A stretch of 64,000 nt of DNA from Chloroflexota bacterium (GCA_034722245.1 JAYENT010000091.1:51492-115491), one strand, 5' to 3'; counted from the stretch's first letter, positions 48,746 through 60,460 are shown. Notes: generated from the letters alone by a model not told the origin. Numbers and translations: made by a program.

Positions 48746-51022
48746 ATGTCCTTCCCCTCCTACCAAGACGAACACCAAAACATCCTCCCCACACTCGAAA
48801 GGGAAGGCGAGCGCGTCCAGGGCACATACTCTGTGGACCGCGTCACCTTCTCCAATCCGGAGACAGGTTTTGCCGTGGTGCATCTCAAGCCCGCCGATGA
48901 AGACGCGTCGCGTTCCTTCCTGGCGGTGGGCGATTTCGGCACGCCCCGCCGGGGCGACTGTTACGAGATCGGGGGAAGATGGCGTCGGGACCCCAAGTAC
49001 GGGATGCAGGTACAGGTCTCTTTTGCCAGGCCCGAGACGCCGCAAAGCCTGACGGCCATCGAGCGCTATCTGGCGGGCGCCAGCATAAAGGGGCTTGGGC
49101 CCCACTACGCCCAAGCCCTCGTGAACCACTTTGGCACGGGAACCATCCAGGAATTGCGAAGCGGAGGAAAGCACCTTGAGGAAGTGAAGGGTATCGGCCC
49201 GGTGCGTGCCCAACGGATTCGTGAGAGCTGGGCCAACTATGAGGGCATGCACAACCTGATGATCAAACTTCAGGGCGTGGCCGAGCTCTCCCCTAGACAG
49301 GCACAGCAGGTCTACCGACAATACGGCCACGAGGCGTGGGACATCATCTCCCAGGACCCCTATCGCCTAGCCCAGGACGTACGAGGGTTCGGGTTCACCC
49401 GCTGTGATCAGATCGGCAGGGCGCTGGGAATCGCCCACGACGCTTCCGCTCGCATCCAAGGAGGGGTCCTGCATCTCCTGGAAGAGGCCTTATCCCAGGG
49501 GCACCTCTGGTGCCCGGCAGAACAACTGGCCCAGGAGGCCAGCGAACTGCTGGGAGTCCCTGAGGAAAGACTCTCCAAAGAGATGGAGCATCTCGCCGAG
49601 ACACAGCAACTGGTGCGACGCGACGTGCTCAACGACTTGACGGCCATCTTCTTACCACGGGTGGCGCACACGGAGCAGCGCATCGCGGAGGCAATGGCCC
49701 ACCTGCTCAGCACGCCGCCGGGCGACCTAGAGTTGCCTCCCCAGGAAGCGCAAGCGGTCCTCGACACGCTCGAGGAGAAAAAGCTGACCGCAGAACAGCA
49801 AGAGGCTATCCTCGCCCTCCTGCGGGGTAACCGCCTGGTCGTCCTCACCGGCGGCCCAGGCACGGGCAAGACGACGACCATACGCTCTCTCATCGCCTGT
49901 TTGCAGAACCTTCGCGTGTCCTATGCCCTGTGTGCCACCACGGGCCGGGCGAGCAAGCAGCTGGCCTATGCCACCGGCCATCCAGCGGCCACCGTACACC
50001 GCCACTTGGGCATTGGCATGGGCCGAAACGAGATAAAGCCCATCAACGAGCGTGTCCTCATCATCGACGAGGCCTCCATGATCGATCTCTGGCTGTTCTA
50101 CGAGATCGCGCGCAGAACGCGGGACAGCACGCGGCTGTTCCTGATAGGCGACGTGGATCAACTCCCGCCGGTAGGACCGGGCGCCATCCTGCAAGACCTT
50201 ATCAGCGCGGGAGAGAAGGATGGTGTGCCCGGCATCCACGTGACGCGCCTGACGCGCATCTTCCGCCAGGAGGCCGGCAACCGTAGCATGATCGTTGTTA
50301 ACTGCCACCGCATTCGCGCGGGCCGACGCCCCATCCATGACGTGCCCAAGACCTCGGACTATTTCGAGATGCACCGCGACAGCCCAGAGGAGGCTCGCAG
50401 ACTAGCCGTTGATCTGGTGGCCAATCGCCTGCCCGGTTTCCTGGACGTGCCGCCCATCGAAGTGCAGGTATTGGCCCCTATGCACAGGGGGGCGGCGGGA
50501 GTCCGCTCCTTGAACCTAGCACTGCAGCAAGCCCTGAATCCTCCCGCGCCCATCAAGGCCGAGATCGCTTTGCCCTCACAGTCAGCCGCCGCAGGCCAGC
50601 GCGTCTTTCGACAGGGGGACAAGGTGCGACAGACGCAGAATAACTACCAGAAGCAGGTCTTCAATGGGGATCTGGGCATCATCCAACACGTGTACCCGGA
50701 CGAAGGAAGGTTGGTGGTGCGCTTTGATGAACATGACGTCGTCTACGAGCGCGACGAACTCGATCAGCTCGTGCACGCATGGGCCATGACGGTGCATTCG
50801 GCTCAAGGCTCCCAGTGGCCGGCGGTGGTCATCCTCATGCTCACTAATCACTATATCATGCTGGAACGGAATATCCTCTACACGGCACTCTCACGGGCGC
50901 AGCGTCTGGCGGTATTGATAACGCAGGAGAAAGCCGTGCGCATCGCCGTCCATCAGAAGCGCTCCACACAGCGACGCACCCAACTAGTTGCCCGGCTTTT
51001 GGAGGCGCTGGCCAATCCCTAG
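48746..51022 (+). CDS. recD2: RecD2-type ATP-dependent SF1 DNA helicase
   Basis: 758 aa; N-terminal OB/HhH region, Walker [17 protein letters not shown], and helicase motifs V/VI ([16 protein letters not shown]). Confidence 0.88.
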   Translation: MSFPSYQDEHQNILPTLEREGERVQGTYSVDRVTFSNPETGFAVVHLKPADEDASRSFLAVGDFGTPRRGDCYEIGGRWRRDPKYGMQVQVSFARPETPQSLTAIERYLAGASIKGLGPHYAQALVNHFGTGTIQELRSGGKHLEEVKGIGPVRAQRIRESWANYEGMHNLMIKLQGVAELSPRQAQQVYRQYGHEAWDIISQDPYRLAQDVRGFGFTRCDQIGRALGIAHDASARIQGGVLHLLEEALSQGHLWCPAEQLAQEASELLGVPEERLSKEMEHLAETQQLVRRDVLNDLTAIFLPRVAHTEQRIAEAMAHLLSTPPGDLELPPQEAQAVLDTLEEKKLTAEQQEAILALLRGNRLVVLTGGPGTGKTTTIRSLIACLQNLRVSYALCATTGRASKQLAYATGHPAATVHRHLGIGMGRNEIKPINERVLIIDEASMIDLWLFYEIARRTRDSTRLFLIGDVDQLPPVGPGAILQDLISAGEKDGVPGIHVTRLTRIFRQEAGNRSMIVVNCHRIRAGRRPIHDVPKTSDYFEMHRDSPEEARRLAVDLVANRLPGFLDVPPIEVQVLAPMHRGAAGVRSLNLALQQALNPPAPIKAEIALPSQSAAAGQRVFRQGDKVRQTQNNYQKQVFNGDLGIIQHVYPDEGRLVVRFDEHDVVYERDELDQLVHAWAMTVHSAQGSQWPAVVILMLTNHYIMLERNILYTALSRAQRLAVLITQEKAVRIAVHQKRSTQRRTQLVARLLEALANP

Positions 51023-51164
51023 GGCAGACCGGCAATTCCCCCTACCCCTCTTCGGGAGGGCCAAAACGGCCACGACGCCTCCTTTGACCTCATGCCCCAT
51101 GCCGAGTATCATGCTGGGCAGAATTTATAGGATATCAAGTGGTTTCTGGAGGGAGGATAGACAG

Positions 51165-52247
51165 ATGAGCAGTGACACCGTAAACGTAGCTATCATTGGC
51201 GTAGGAAACTGCGCGGCTTCACTGGTACAGGGCGTATCGTTCTACCAAGATGCTCCCGATGACGAGTTCATACCAGGATTGATGCATCCACGGGTGGGCC
51301 CGTATCATGTACACGACATCAACTTTACCGCCGCCTTTGACATCGACGCAGAAAAGGTGGGAAAGGATCTATCCCAGGCAATTTGGGCAGGCCCGAATAA
51401 CACCGTCAAGTTCGCTGACGTGGACCATCTGGGCGTCCCCGTGTACCGTGGCGTGGAACGCGACGGGCTGGGTCGCTACCTTAAGGAGCGCATCGCTGTA
51501 GCGCCTGGCGAGCCGGCCGACATGGTCAGCATTCTTCGCGATACCGAAACCGACATTGTCGTCAACTTTTTGCCTGTTGGCTCGGAGAAAGCGACCAAAT
51601 GGTACGTAGAAAAGATCCTTGAGGCCGGCTGTGGCATGGTCAATTGCATCCCCGTCTTTATCGCACGAGAAGCGGAATGGCAAGCGCGCTTTGAGAACAA
51701 AGGCTTACCCATCATTGGTGACGATGTCAAGAGCCAGGTGGGTGCCACGATCGTACACCGTGTGTTGACCAATCTCTTTCGCACGCGCGGTGTACACCTG
51801 GATCATACGTATCAGCTCAACTTTGGCGGCAATATGGACTTTTTCAATATGTTGGAACGGGATCGCCTCACATCGAAAAAGATATCCAAGACCAACGCGG
51901 TGACCAGCCAACTGGATTACGAACTCCCTCCCGAGGACGTGCACGTAGCACCAAGCGACTATGTCGCATGGCTCAGCGACCGCAAATTCTGCTACATTCA
52001 GATGGAAGGGACCACCTTTGGAAACATTCCCCTCAAAGCCGAACTGAAGCTCGAAGTGTGGGATTCGCCGAATTCGGCGGGCGTGGTCATTGACGCCCTT
52101 CGTTGCTGCAAGATCGCGCTGGACAAGGGGCTTAGTGGCGCTATAGAAGCTCCCTCAGCCTACTTTATGAAATCGCCGCCAAAGCAGTACACGGACGATG
52201 AAGCGCGCGCCATGGTCGAGGCCTTTATCAGAGGGGAAGAAAAGTAA
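51165..52247 (+). CDS. ino1: myo-Inositol-1-phosphate synthase (archaeal/bacterial short type)
   Basis: 360 aa; [16 protein letters not shown] Rossmann motif and conserved catalytic core; RBS GGAGGGAGGA upstream of the ATG at 51165. Confidence 0.8.
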   Translation: MSSDTVNVAIIGVGNCAASLVQGVSFYQDAPDDEFIPGLMHPRVGPYHVHDINFTAAFDIDAEKVGKDLSQAIWAGPNNTVKFADVDHLGVPVYRGVERDGLGRYLKERIAVAPGEPADMVSILRDTETDIVVNFLPVGSEKATKWYVEKILEAGCGMVNCIPVFIAREAEWQARFENKGLPIIGDDVKSQVGATIVHRVLTNLFRTRGVHLDHTYQLNFGGNMDFFNMLERDRLTSKKISKTNAVTSQLDYELPPEDVHVAPSDYVAWLSDRKFCYIQMEGTTFGNIPLKAELKLEVWDSPNSAGVVIDALRCCKIALDKGLSGAIEAPSAYFMKSPPKQYTDDEARAMVEAFIRGEEK

Positions 52248-52271
52248 CACGCATATTCGAGCGTACGACGC

Positions 52272-52301
52272 AAAAAGGCCGCCCTTGTGGGCGGCCTTTT
52301 T
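52272..52301. terminator. Bidirectional intrinsic terminator between convergent ino1 and the AhpD-like gene
   Basis: AAAAAGGCCGCCC-ttgtg-GGCGGCCTTTTT: a perfect 8-bp GC stem flanked by an A5 run and a T5 run. Confidence 0.8.
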
Positions 52302-52327
52302 CAAGATAGCCTGTCCAGGGCAATCGC

Positions 52328-53038
52328 CTATACCTCAACGGGAGATAAAGCAGCGCGCACGGCGAGCACGGGAATAAGCGGCACCAGACCAAAGGCAAAG
52401 ATCACCAGCGTGGACAACTCGTCCGCCACAGTAGTGGAAAGGGCGGGACGCCCCAGCATACGGCTGACAAAGGCATCAAGGGTATTGCCTGTGAGACTCG
52501 CAAAGCTGATAAGGCGAATATAGGTGATAACGTCCTTAGCCGTCCGCCGACCATAGGCATCCACGAGACGCTGAACAAGATCGGGATCCGGCCCGCCGCG
52601 CTGTTCCACATAGTGGCGCGCGAAAAAGAGAGCGGGCGCCTCATCCACTGTGGCGTGCTCCACTTCTCCTCGAAGCAGGGATTCTACCTCTTTCCGCGTC
52701 AACCCATGCCGCAGAGCGTAGTTTATGTGGGCCAGGCTATAGCATTCGTCGCCATAGGCACCCGTGACAGCCAGCATCATCTTTTCCGCAAACGGATGGT
52801 CTATGCGCCGGTTCGTCCATAAGGACTTTAGCGCCCCGGGATCTCGCCAAAGCACTTTAAAGGCCTCCAATGCACTCTCTTTACCCTCATAGACCGCCTT
52901 ATGAAAGGGAGGCTGCCCCTCCCTTGCTTTCAAGTACGATCTGGCCAACAGATAGGCCCCAGCGGCTCCCAAGCCTACGCCCAGTATCGCCCACCATGCC
53001 CGCTTGTCTTCTTTCATCTGTACGCTATCTTCTTTCAT
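52328..53038 (-). CDS. Membrane-anchored carboxymuconolactone-decarboxylase/AhpD-like family protein
   Basis: TM helix WWAILGVGLGAAGAYLLA; CMD-like core with GDECYSLAHINYALRHGL. Start trimmed to MKEDSVQ (53038) to avoid overlapping tyrS. Confidence 0.45.
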   Translation of the reverse strand: MKEDSVQMKEDKRAWWAILGVGLGAAGAYLLARSYLKAREGQPPFHKAVYEGKESALEAFKVLWRDPGALKSLWTNRRIDHPFAEKMMLAVTGAYGDECYSLAHINYALRHGLTRKEVESLLRGEVEHATVDEAPALFFARHYVEQRGGPDPDLVQRLVDAYGRRTAKDVITYIRLISFASLTGNTLDAFVSRMLGRPALSTTVADELSTLVIFAFGLVPLIPVLAVRAALSPVEV

Positions 53039-53063
53039 GGAAAACCCTTCTCCCAAGCCGCAC

Positions 53064-54314
53064 CTAAACGGGAATGACGCGATGGTATCGCTTCTTGCCG
53101 GCCCGCAGCAAGATGGCGCCATCCTCCAGATCATCAAGAGTGATCACGCGCTCCACGGAGGACACCCTTTCATCGTTGATGTATGCTCCACCCTGCTGGA
53201 TGAGGCGCCGCGCCTGGCTCCGCGAGTCGGTGAGGCCCACGTCGTCAAAGAGATTGGGTACAGGAATGCCCTGCTTCAGTTCTTCCTTCTCGACTTCGGT
53301 ACTCGGCACCGTGACCACGGTCGGTTTCTCAGCCGCTACACCTAACCCTGCCGTGTTCGTAAAGAGTTGCCGCGACGCCTCGCGCGCCCTTTTTGCCTCC
53401 TCTTCGCCGTGGATCAGACGCGTCACCTCGTAAGCCAGACGTTCTTTGGCCTCCTGTATCGCTGCCCCCTCCACGGAAACCAGCTCCGCGATCTCGTCCA
53501 AGGGGAGAAAGGTGTAAATCTTGAGAAAGCGCTCCACATCAGCGTCCGCTGTATTGATCCAGAATTGATAGAATTCATAGGGGGAAAGCCGTTCTGCGTC
53601 CAGCCAGACGGCTCCCTCGGCCGTCTTGCCCATCTTGGTGCCAGAAGCCGTGGTCAGCAGAGGAAACGTCAGGGCATAGACCTCAGCGCCCTCGACGCGG
53701 CGGACGAGATCCACCCCGGCCAGTATATTGCCCCATTGATCATTGCCCCCCATCTGCAAAACGCAGTCGTACTCTTGGTAAAGATGGAGATAGTCGTAGG
53801 CCTGGAGAATCTGATAGTTAAACTCGATAAAGCTCAGCCCCGTCTCCATGCGAGAGCGATAGGCTTCTGAGGCCAACATGCGGTTGACGCTGAAATACCT
53901 GCCGATGTCGCGCAGAAACTCAATATAGTTCAGGGGGGCAAGCCACTCGGCATTATTCAGAATGAGCGCCCTTCCCTCGCTGAAATCGACGACACGTCCA
54001 ATCTGTTCTCGTATGGACTGCAGGTTGGCCTCGATCTCTTTTTTGGTCAGTATCTGCCGCATCTCGGTGCGACCGCTGGGATCGCCGATCATGCCCGTCC
54101 CACCGCCAACGATGGCGACGGGACGATGCCCCTGGCGCTGCATATGTGCAAGGGCCATAATGGTGAGTAGGTTGCCTACGTGGAGGCTGGAAGCCGTCGG
54201 ATCATAGCCAATGTAACAGGTGATGGGCTGCTCCAATGCCGCACAAAGCCCCCCCTTATCCGAAACCTGTTCCACAAAGCCACGTCGCTCAAGGACGTCG
54301 TACGCGTTCGCCAT
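53064..54314 (-). CDS. tyrS: Tyrosyl-tRNA synthetase
   Basis: HIGH motif (PTASSLHVGNL), KMSKS motif (KMGKT) and a C-terminal S4 domain. Confidence 0.92.
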   Translation of the reverse strand: MANAYDVLERRGFVEQVSDKGGLCAALEQPITCYIGYDPTASSLHVGNLLTIMALAHMQRQGHRPVAIVGGGTGMIGDPSGRTEMRQILTKKEIEANLQSIREQIGRVVDFSEGRALILNNAEWLAPLNYIEFLRDIGRYFSVNRMLASEAYRSRMETGLSFIEFNYQILQAYDYLHLYQEYDCVLQMGGNDQWGNILAGVDLVRRVEGAEVYALTFPLLTTASGTKMGKTAEGAVWLDAERLSPYEFYQFWINTADADVERFLKIYTFLPLDEIAELVSVEGAAIQEAKERLAYEVTRLIHGEEEAKRAREASRQLFTNTAGLGVAAEKPTVVTVPSTEVEKEELKQGIPVPNLFDDVGLTDSRSQARRLIQQGGAYINDERVSSVERVITLDDLEDGAILLRAGKKRYHRVIPV

Positions 54315-54513
54315 GCCTTCTCCTCAACTTGACAATGATCACACCCTGGATAGTATAAGGGTGCTAATCGATCTTATTTGACCATCGTCCGCTTGTCAAA
54401 TAAAAAGCGTTGCGCCTATTGAGGTTGGGGGCTCTTACCACAGTATGGAATCTGAAAGTGGCCTTGGGCCTTTTTTTGTGCCTTTAGAGCGCATGCGCAA
54501 AAGGGAATAGTCA

Positions 54514-55233
54514 TTGGCCAACACCTGGATAGTGGTGGGTGTCATACTCCTCGGCGGTCTTATACAGGGTACCGCCGGCTTTGGCTTGGGCCTGTTCTCC
54601 ATGGGCATGTTGATTATGCTTGTGCCCGTCAGTGAGGCCGTTGTGTTCGTAGCCGTTGGATCCCTGGTGAGCACCATGCTGAACTGGTGGACTGTACGAG
54701 AGAGCCTTCCCTGGCCCGAGATGTGGCCCATCCTGATCAGCTCTCTACCCACAACGGCGCTGGGGATCTACGCTCTGTGCAACTTGGAGAGCGGTATACT
54801 GCAGATCGGCGTGGCGCTCATGATTCTCGCCGGGTGTGCCGTCGCCCTCTGGCCCTCTCAGACAACACGCATTGATCGCGCGTTCCCATGGGCATATATT
54901 GCGGGATTGATTGGCGGGCTTTTTGGAGGTGGCCTCAATATGGGCGGGCCTCCCATCGTCCTGTACACCCTGCTCAGAGGCTGGAAGAAATCCAAGGCCA
55001 AGAGCATCATGGCCACCTACTTTCTCATGATCGGCACACTGCGTCTCATCCTTCTCGTCACCACGGGCGTGGCTACCAGGGAACTGCTGAAGCAGAGCCT
55101 ATGGGTAATCCCCGCTTCCCTGATCGCCTCGTATGTGGGAACGCGCATCTTTGACCGCATGAGCACGCGCGTCTTTCGCTATGCCGCCACGGTCATCCTT
55201 GTGGGCCTGGCTATCAAGATTGTCGCCACCTAG
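54514..55233 (+). CDS. TauE/SafE (DUF81) family membrane transporter
   Basis: 239 aa polytopic membrane protein with a duplicated 4-TM pattern and Gly-rich segments (GLIGGLFGGGLNMGGPPIV). Confidence 0.7.
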   Translation: MANTWIVVGVILLGGLIQGTAGFGLGLFSMGMLIMLVPVSEAVVFVAVGSLVSTMLNWWTVRESLPWPEMWPILISSLPTTALGIYALCNLESGILQIGVALMILAGCAVALWPSQTTRIDRAFPWAYIAGLIGGLFGGGLNMGGPPIVLYTLLRGWKKSKAKSIMATYFLMIGTLRLILLVTTGVATRELLKQSLWVIPASLIASYVGTRIFDRMSTRVFRYAATVILVGLAIKIVAT

Positions 55234-55275
55234 ACATGCACTCTCATCCACCCATCCGACATCGTGACGTGAGGG

Positions 55276-56448
55276 ATGAGCATGGAAACAAAAGCACCTC
55301 AGGAATTCAGCGACACCGTACAGCGCATGAAAGCCGCCCATCTGCAGATATACGAGCATCTCCAGCGCTGGGGCATAATCGTACCGGATTATGTAGACTA
55401 TACGGGGCGAGGGCGCGCCGCGGGCTCTGGCGCTGCCAAGGCGTATCCGATCCAGGGAGTGCTCAAATATCACGGCATGGCCGATTGGCACTGGCGCACA
55501 GCCTATCTTCCCAGCATCTCTGTCAACAACGACGCCGCCTACACCATCACGCTGGTGAGATTCGATCCTACGCTGAAGCAGGATACGATACACCTCAATG
55601 GCCGCACGGCGACGGGCCGCGCGCGGACGCGCGTGCTGCGTGTACTCGACGAGGTTAGACGCGTCGGCGGGATCGTAAGCTCGGCCAGGGTCGTCTCGCA
55701 GAACTTTTTGCGTGCGGCCGCGACGGGCAAAGGGCTGGGCACAAGCGCCGCTGCCTCCGCTGCCCTGGCCGCTGCCGCTGCCAAAGCGGCCTTCCCGGAC
55801 GTATCCGTCCATGGCCGCTTTGTCAATTGCTTAGCACGCCTCTTGGCAGGATCTGGATGTCGCAGCGCGGCGGGGGGTGTTGCATTGTGGCTTTCCTACC
55901 CTGGGATAGCCCACGAGGACAGCTTTGCCGTGCGCCTGGATGGGAAGAACCAACTCCAGGACGTACGCCTCATCACCGTCCCTCTGGGCTCCAGAATCGA
56001 CCTACAAACCGAGATGGCCCATCGCGAGGCACCAAGGAGCCCCTTCTTCAGAGCCTGGATGTATGGCCGCCGCGAGGAAACGCTTGAGTGCATAGACGCC
56101 GTACAACACGGCGATTGGAAGACCGTCGGGCAACTCGCAGAACTGGACAGCATCCGTCTGCACGCTGTCACCATGTCCGGCAGTCGCGAGAACAAACTCT
56201 TTGCCTGGGAGCCGGAGAACATCCGCCTCTTTCGCGCCTGCAACGCCATGCGAAGGGCGGGAGTCCCCGTCTATTTTTCCACGGATACGGGCCCTACCAC
56301 AGTCTTTATAACCCATAAGGAGTATGTGAAGGCCGTGGTAAGCAGGTTGCAAGACTTGAGACTGGGCCTGGAGCCTGTTGTGGGGGAAATTGCCGGCCCC
56401 GTACAATGCCTGGAGGTCGACGAGGCAAAGGCCACCCTAGGCATCTGA
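55276..56448 (+). CDS. Diphosphomevalonate decarboxylase family protein (GHMP superfamily; possibly the phosphomevalonate decarboxylase of the alternative mevalonate route)
   Basis: IQGVLKYHGMAD...PSISV corresponds to the MVD N-terminal motif (IKYWGKRD...SIS); GHMP ATP motif GKGLGTSAAASAALAAA. Confidence 0.65.
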   Translation: MSMETKAPQEFSDTVQRMKAAHLQIYEHLQRWGIIVPDYVDYTGRGRAAGSGAAKAYPIQGVLKYHGMADWHWRTAYLPSISVNNDAAYTITLVRFDPTLKQDTIHLNGRTATGRARTRVLRVLDEVRRVGGIVSSARVVSQNFLRAAATGKGLGTSAAASAALAAAAAKAAFPDVSVHGRFVNCLARLLAGSGCRSAAGGVALWLSYPGIAHEDSFAVRLDGKNQLQDVRLITVPLGSRIDLQTEMAHREAPRSPFFRAWMYGRREETLECIDAVQHGDWKTVGQLAELDSIRLHAVTMSGSRENKLFAWEPENIRLFRACNAMRRAGVPVYFSTDTGPTTVFITHKEYVKAVVSRLQDLRLGLEPVVGEIAGPVQCLEVDEAKATLGI

Positions 56449-56465
56449 CGCCGCGTCAAGTAAGG

Positions 56466-56503
56466 ACAACAAAAATGGACGAACCTTCTATCAGAAAGGT
56501 TCG
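56466..56503 (-). terminator. Intrinsic terminator downstream of tRNA-Asn
   Basis: Perfect 8-bp hairpin CGAACCTT-N8-AAGGTTCG followed on the reverse strand by TCCATTTTTGTTG. Confidence 0.65.
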
Positions 56504-56517
56504 CCCGCACGTAACAA

Positions 56518-56589
56518 CTCCTCGGGCTGGACTCGAACCAACAACCAATCGGTTAACAGCCGACCGCTCTACCATTGAGCTACCGAGGA
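56518..56589 (-). tRNA. tRNA-Asn (anticodon GTT), CCA not encoded
   Basis: Reverse complement TCCTCGGTAGCTCAATGGTAGAGCGGTCGGCTGTTAACCGATTGGTTGTTGGTTCGAGTCCAGCCCGAGGAG: acceptor stem TCCTCGG/CCGAGGA, anticodon loop CTGTTAA. Confidence 0.85.
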
Positions 56590-56601
56590 ATATATAAAAA
56601 A

Positions 56602-56630
56602 AGTATACTAGAGCTCACCCGCCATGTCAA
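56602..56630 (-). promoter_or_regulatory. Consensus sigma-70 promoter for tRNA-Asn (TTGACA-17-TATACT)
   Basis: Reverse strand reads gatTTGACAtggcgggtgagctctagTATACTttttttatatattcc-tRNA. Confidence 0.6.
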
Positions 56631-56746
56631 ATCGTCCGCACTCAAACCAGGCAATTCAGGTTAAGGTTGAAGGAACCTTAACCTGGCACATTCCACCACT
56701 AATTCGTCCGCAGCAAGGGCTGATTTCGCCCGTAAAAAGCAAAAAC

Positions 56747-56865
56747 GGATCCACTGAAAGAAGGTCTTTCAGTGGATGGAGGACACTATATATTGTGGTT
56801 GTGCTTCGCACAACCACAATATATGTCCCATATTTTCTTTTGGCTACCCTTTTTTCAGGGCAGCC
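56747..56865 (-). ncRNA. Copy B of the hairpin-rich conserved element; lies in the rpoD 3' UTR, with its terminal hairpin plus a U-run acting as a likely rpoD terminator
   Basis: An 11-bp perfect hairpin CCACTGAAAGA-agg-TCTTTCAGTGG (56751-56775) followed on the reverse strand by ATCCGTTTTTGCTTTTT; a 13-bp perfect hairpin ATTGTGGTTGTGC-ttc-GCACAACCACAAT (56792-56820); and GGCTACCC-N8-GGGCAGCC. Homologous to 18653-18772. Confidence 0.5.
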
Positions 56866-57091
56866 AAAAACGCGAGTGAGACAGACTCTTACCACCAGAA
56901 CCTACCGCGCAGTCAAATATAAGGCTTACCTCAAGTCCTCCGCGCTCACCGGAGACATTTGGGAAATCTCGTCCAGATGCACCTCAACGCCCACGCGGGA
57001 TCTGGAGAAACTGCTCGGCATCCTATACCCGTCCTCATCTTCGAGATAGCGACAGCATTGCGCAGTACCTCGTTGTCTCCATCTTGGACGC

Positions 57092-58363
57092 TTACTGGAT
57101 CAGATAATCCCGCAACTGCCGGCTTTTTGTCAGATGACGCAGTTTATGTAGTGCCTTGGTTTCTATCTGTCGCACCCGCTCCCGTGTTAGACCAATGCTC
57201 TCCCCCACCTCTTCCAGCGTATGGGGCTCACCCCCACCAAGCCCAAACCGAAGGTTAAGCACGCGCTGTTCCCGCTCGGTCAGCGAAGCCAGACTCTCCC
57301 GAATCTGCTCGCGCAGCAGTCCCTTGTTCGTCTCCTCCACCGGCCCGTCCACCGAGTCATCCGCGATAAAGTCCATGAGGGCATTATCCTCATCATTCCC
57401 GACGGGCGTCTCCAAAGACATGGGCTCCTGGGCAAAACGCAAGACCTGACGTATCTTTTCCACCGCCTGCTTCATGTGCCTACGTACATCGGCAGGCGCT
57501 TTCGCATCATCCGCCTGACATTGCTTCCACACCCGCTTATCCTCATCCGAAAGATAATTCGAGGCCAGGGCCACCTCCTCAAGCGTGGGATCCCGCCCCA
57601 AATCCTGCTCAATCTCTCGCATGGTACGCATCAGATGGCTGATGGATTCGATCATATGCACGGGAATACGAATGGTACGCGCCTGATCCGCTATGGCACG
57701 GCTGATGGCCTGCTTTATCCACCATGTGGCATAGGTGCTGAACTTATAGCCCCTCCGATAGTCGAACCTTTCGACGGCGCTCAACAGACCAAGATTCCCC
57801 TCCTGAATGAGATCGAGAAAGGACATGCCGCGCCCCATGTAGTCTTTGGCAATGCTTACCACCAGCCTCAGGTTGGCCTCAGCCAGACGGCGCCTGGCGA
57901 TCTCGCCCTGCATCACCTTGAGATCGTATACCTGCTTCTGTTGAGGAGAGAGCATTTCTTCTGCTAACTCCTCCAGCTTCTCTTGGGCTTCCGCGCCCGC
58001 CTCCATGGCCTTGGCGAGACGAATCTCATCCTCCGCACTGAGTAGATCCACACGGCCTATTTCACGGAGATACATACTCACACTGTCATTGGTCACACGC
58101 AGGGGCTGAGAACGCGTCGACCGGCCCGTGTGAGGACTCGTCTCCTCCCGAGGTCCCTCGACTTCCTCCCCAGCGCTCACCACGGTGATATCCATCTCCC
58201 TTAGCGCACTCACCAAAGCGTCGAATTCCTTATCGACGTCAACATTCCCATCCTGGGAGATTATTCCCAGGACATCCTCGTCAGTGACATACTTCTCACG
58301 AATGCCCTTGGCGAGTAAGGCATCAATTTTATCGCTCTCCAAGTTGGATCTCGTAGCATCCAT
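57092..58363 (-). CDS. rpoD: RNA polymerase primary sigma factor (sigma-70 family)
   Basis: 423 aa with regions 1.2 through 4: [22 protein letters not shown], the rpoD box [16 protein letters not shown], and a region 4.2 HTH. Confidence 0.93.
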   Translation of the reverse strand: MDATRSNLESDKIDALLAKGIREKYVTDEDVLGIISQDGNVDVDKEFDALVSALREMDITVVSAGEEVEGPREETSPHTGRSTRSQPLRVTNDSVSMYLREIGRVDLLSAEDEIRLAKAMEAGAEAQEKLEELAEEMLSPQQKQVYDLKVMQGEIARRRLAEANLRLVVSIAKDYMGRGMSFLDLIQEGNLGLLSAVERFDYRRGYKFSTYATWWIKQAISRAIADQARTIRIPVHMIESISHLMRTMREIEQDLGRDPTLEEVALASNYLSDEDKRVWKQCQADDAKAPADVRRHMKQAVEKIRQVLRFAQEPMSLETPVGNDEDNALMDFIADDSVDGPVEETNKGLLREQIRESLASLTEREQRVLNLRFGLGGGEPHTLEEVGESIGLTRERVRQIETKALHKLRHLTKSRQLRDYLIQ

Positions 58364-58365
58364 AT

Positions 58366-60297
58366 TCAGAACCAGCTTCCCCTTTTGGAACGTCCTACAA
58401 AGGTCGCTGCGTGAAACCGCTGATCAATATGTAGATACGTACGCCGAAGCTGCTCGATCTTCTCGTCGAGCTCCCTCACACGTTCTCTTGCCCCTTCCTC
58501 TTGCGCGTCCCGCTGCAGGAAATAGAGCTCGCCTATCAACTGTGAGATATGCCGCTTACGGAAGCGTGTAGCGCATTTGATGACGTCGCCGCGGACCAGA
58601 TCTGGAGAAAGAGAGGGCTCGGCCTGTAGCCGCTGTAACAGGGATTCTACATGCGTTCCCAACTCATTGTCAAGACTGTCGCAAAAGGCTTGCACGTCAT
58701 ACGCCTTCTCCTCCTCCATAAAGCCTCCTAGGGCGGAGAAAATCTGACGGTTGCGACTATCCTGAAAGGTTTCCTCGGACACATCGGCTACCTCCATGAC
58801 CCGGGGTAATAAGGTGGGATATTGAAGTACGAGGGCCAAACAACGCTCCTCTAGACTCAGATCCCTTCTGGCAGGCAGGGCATCAAGATCCCCCGCCGTG
58901 GTCTCGGGCCCGCGACGGGCCTCTGGAGGACGCCTGAAGGACGCACGCCCCCTCTGAGAGCGGCCCGAGCGTTCCAGCAGTGGACGCAGTTCGCGCTCAT
59001 CAATATGCACCAGTTGGGCCAGATGCTGAAGGTGATGATTGCGCTCCACCACATTGTCCACAGCGGCGATCACGGGAATGAGCCTCTCCACGGCTTCCCG
59101 CTTCCCTGTGGCAGTGGAGAGATCCACCTCCTTTTCCACCAACTGGAAGAAATAGCCCACCACGGGAACGGCGTTGTCGACCAGGCGATCCCACCGAGAA
59201 CGGTCACGCAACACAAGCTCATCGGGATCAAGCCCCTCCGGAAGCACAAGAACCCGAATCTGCGCATCCAGTTTCGCCTTATACTCCACCAGGCCAGTGG
59301 CCGTGGGCACAGGAACCGTTTGATGGCGCAGCGACTTGCGGGCTACATCCACGCCCTTTTCGACCGCGCGCACGCCCGCCTCGTCGGGATCCAGGGCGAA
59401 TATCAGCTCATCCGTCATGCGCTTGAGGATCTGCACCTGCTTCTCCGTCAACGCCGTTCCCATACAGGCCACCACGTTGTCCACCCCACATTGATGCGGG
59501 ATCACCACGTCCATATAGCCTTCCACGATGATGGCCGTTCCCGATTCGCGGATGCTGGAAGCCGCCAGATCAATCCCATAGAGAACGCTTCCCTTATCAA
59601 AGATGGGAGTGGTGGGGGTATTCAAATACTTGGGCTGTGAGTCATCGAGAACCCGACCGCCAAACCCCAGGGTCCTTCCCCGTACATCGCGTATGGGAAA
59701 GATGACACGCCCCCGAAAGCGATCATAAACGTTCCCCTCGTCATTCTCGGCTGCGAGCCCCGCCTGTACGATCTGCTCCTGCTCGTATCCTTTGCTTTTC
59801 AGGAACGTCTCCAAAGCGTGCCATTGATCGGGAGCAAAGCCCAGTTGAAAGACAACCGCGGTCTCTCGGTTAATACCTCGTCGCTTCAGGTAATCTCGGG
59901 CGCGTTCGGCCTGCGGGGCACGCAAAAGAAGGTCATTGTAATACTGGGCAGCGTCTGCGTTAATGGCATAGAGCCTTTGGGCCTCATTTCGCTGCTCCTT
60001 AGCGGCATCACTCAGGGGCTTGAGCTCAACGCCCGCCTTGGCGGCCAGAAAGCGCAAAGCCTCCGGAAAATCCATATTTTCCTGCCGCATGATGAACGTC
60101 AGGATATCGCCGCCGGTAGAACAAGCGCCGAAACAGTGCCAGCTCTGTGTCTCAGGAAAAACGACAAAAGAGGGAGTATCCTCGGTGTGAAAGGGACACA
60201 ATCCTTTGAAATTCTTGCCCGTCTTTTGCAGAGACACGTATTCGCCGATGACCTCTACAATGTCGAGACGTTGTTTTACTTCGTCCACGATGCTCAT
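58366..60297 (-). CDS. dnaG: DNA primase
   Basis: Zn-ribbon [11 protein letters not shown]...WHCFGC, TOPRIM domain (IIVEGYMDV...), and a C-terminal helicase-binding domain. Stop lies 2 nt before the rpoD start, the classic dnaG-rpoD operon. Confidence 0.92.
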   Translation of the reverse strand: MSIVDEVKQRLDIVEVIGEYVSLQKTGKNFKGLCPFHTEDTPSFVVFPETQSWHCFGACSTGGDILTFIMRQENMDFPEALRFLAAKAGVELKPLSDAAKEQRNEAQRLYAINADAAQYYNDLLLRAPQAERARDYLKRRGINRETAVVFQLGFAPDQWHALETFLKSKGYEQEQIVQAGLAAENDEGNVYDRFRGRVIFPIRDVRGRTLGFGGRVLDDSQPKYLNTPTTPIFDKGSVLYGIDLAASSIRESGTAIIVEGYMDVVIPHQCGVDNVVACMGTALTEKQVQILKRMTDELIFALDPDEAGVRAVEKGVDVARKSLRHQTVPVPTATGLVEYKAKLDAQIRVLVLPEGLDPDELVLRDRSRWDRLVDNAVPVVGYFFQLVEKEVDLSTATGKREAVERLIPVIAAVDNVVERNHHLQHLAQLVHIDERELRPLLERSGRSQRGRASFRRPPEARRGPETTAGDLDALPARRDLSLEERCLALVLQYPTLLPRVMEVADVSEETFQDSRNRQIFSALGGFMEEEKAYDVQAFCDSLDNELGTHVESLLQRLQAEPSLSPDLVRGDVIKCATRFRKRHISQLIGELYFLQRDAQEEGARERVRELDEKIEQLRRTYLHIDQRFHAATFVGRSKRGSWF

Positions 60298-60460
60298 GGT
60301 ACTCTCTCGCTCTTGGACAGGATCACCAAGGTTTCAGGCGCTCCCTCTACTCGTCGGAATAACGAACACTGTTCGCTTCGATTTCCAAAGAGAGGCGGCG
60401 AAGGTGTGTGCGCTGACAGCTGAAAAGAAATGCGTAGGGCCGCGGGTAACTTCTACTTCT

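Noticed and set aside
48095-49330. 411-aa reverse-strand ORF, and similar long antisense ORFs (20252..21202, 21251..22033, 12507..13250, 29066..29926, 55099..55812, 57221..57967, 59005..59640, 61063..61653, 8237..9094, 9892..10557)
   Set aside because: All lie antisense to, or frame-shifted within, strongly supported genes (recD2, GH57, PBP, mfd, MVD-like, rpoD, dnaG, ppdK, lipoprotein, GT2). Their translations are low-complexity, Arg/Pro/Gly-rich and typical of stop-poor frames in 60%-GC DNA.
54315-54513. Possible T-box leader upstream of tyrS
   Set aside because: The reverse-strand leader between a TTGACA-17-TAAGAT promoter and the tyrS ATG is only about 70 nt. That is too short for a T-box (about 200 nt or more), and no T-box consensus (AATTAGGGTGGnACCGCG) is present. 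The forward-strand GGCC-ttg-GGCC+T7 hairpin at 54460-54477 has only a 4-bp stem and was left unannotated.
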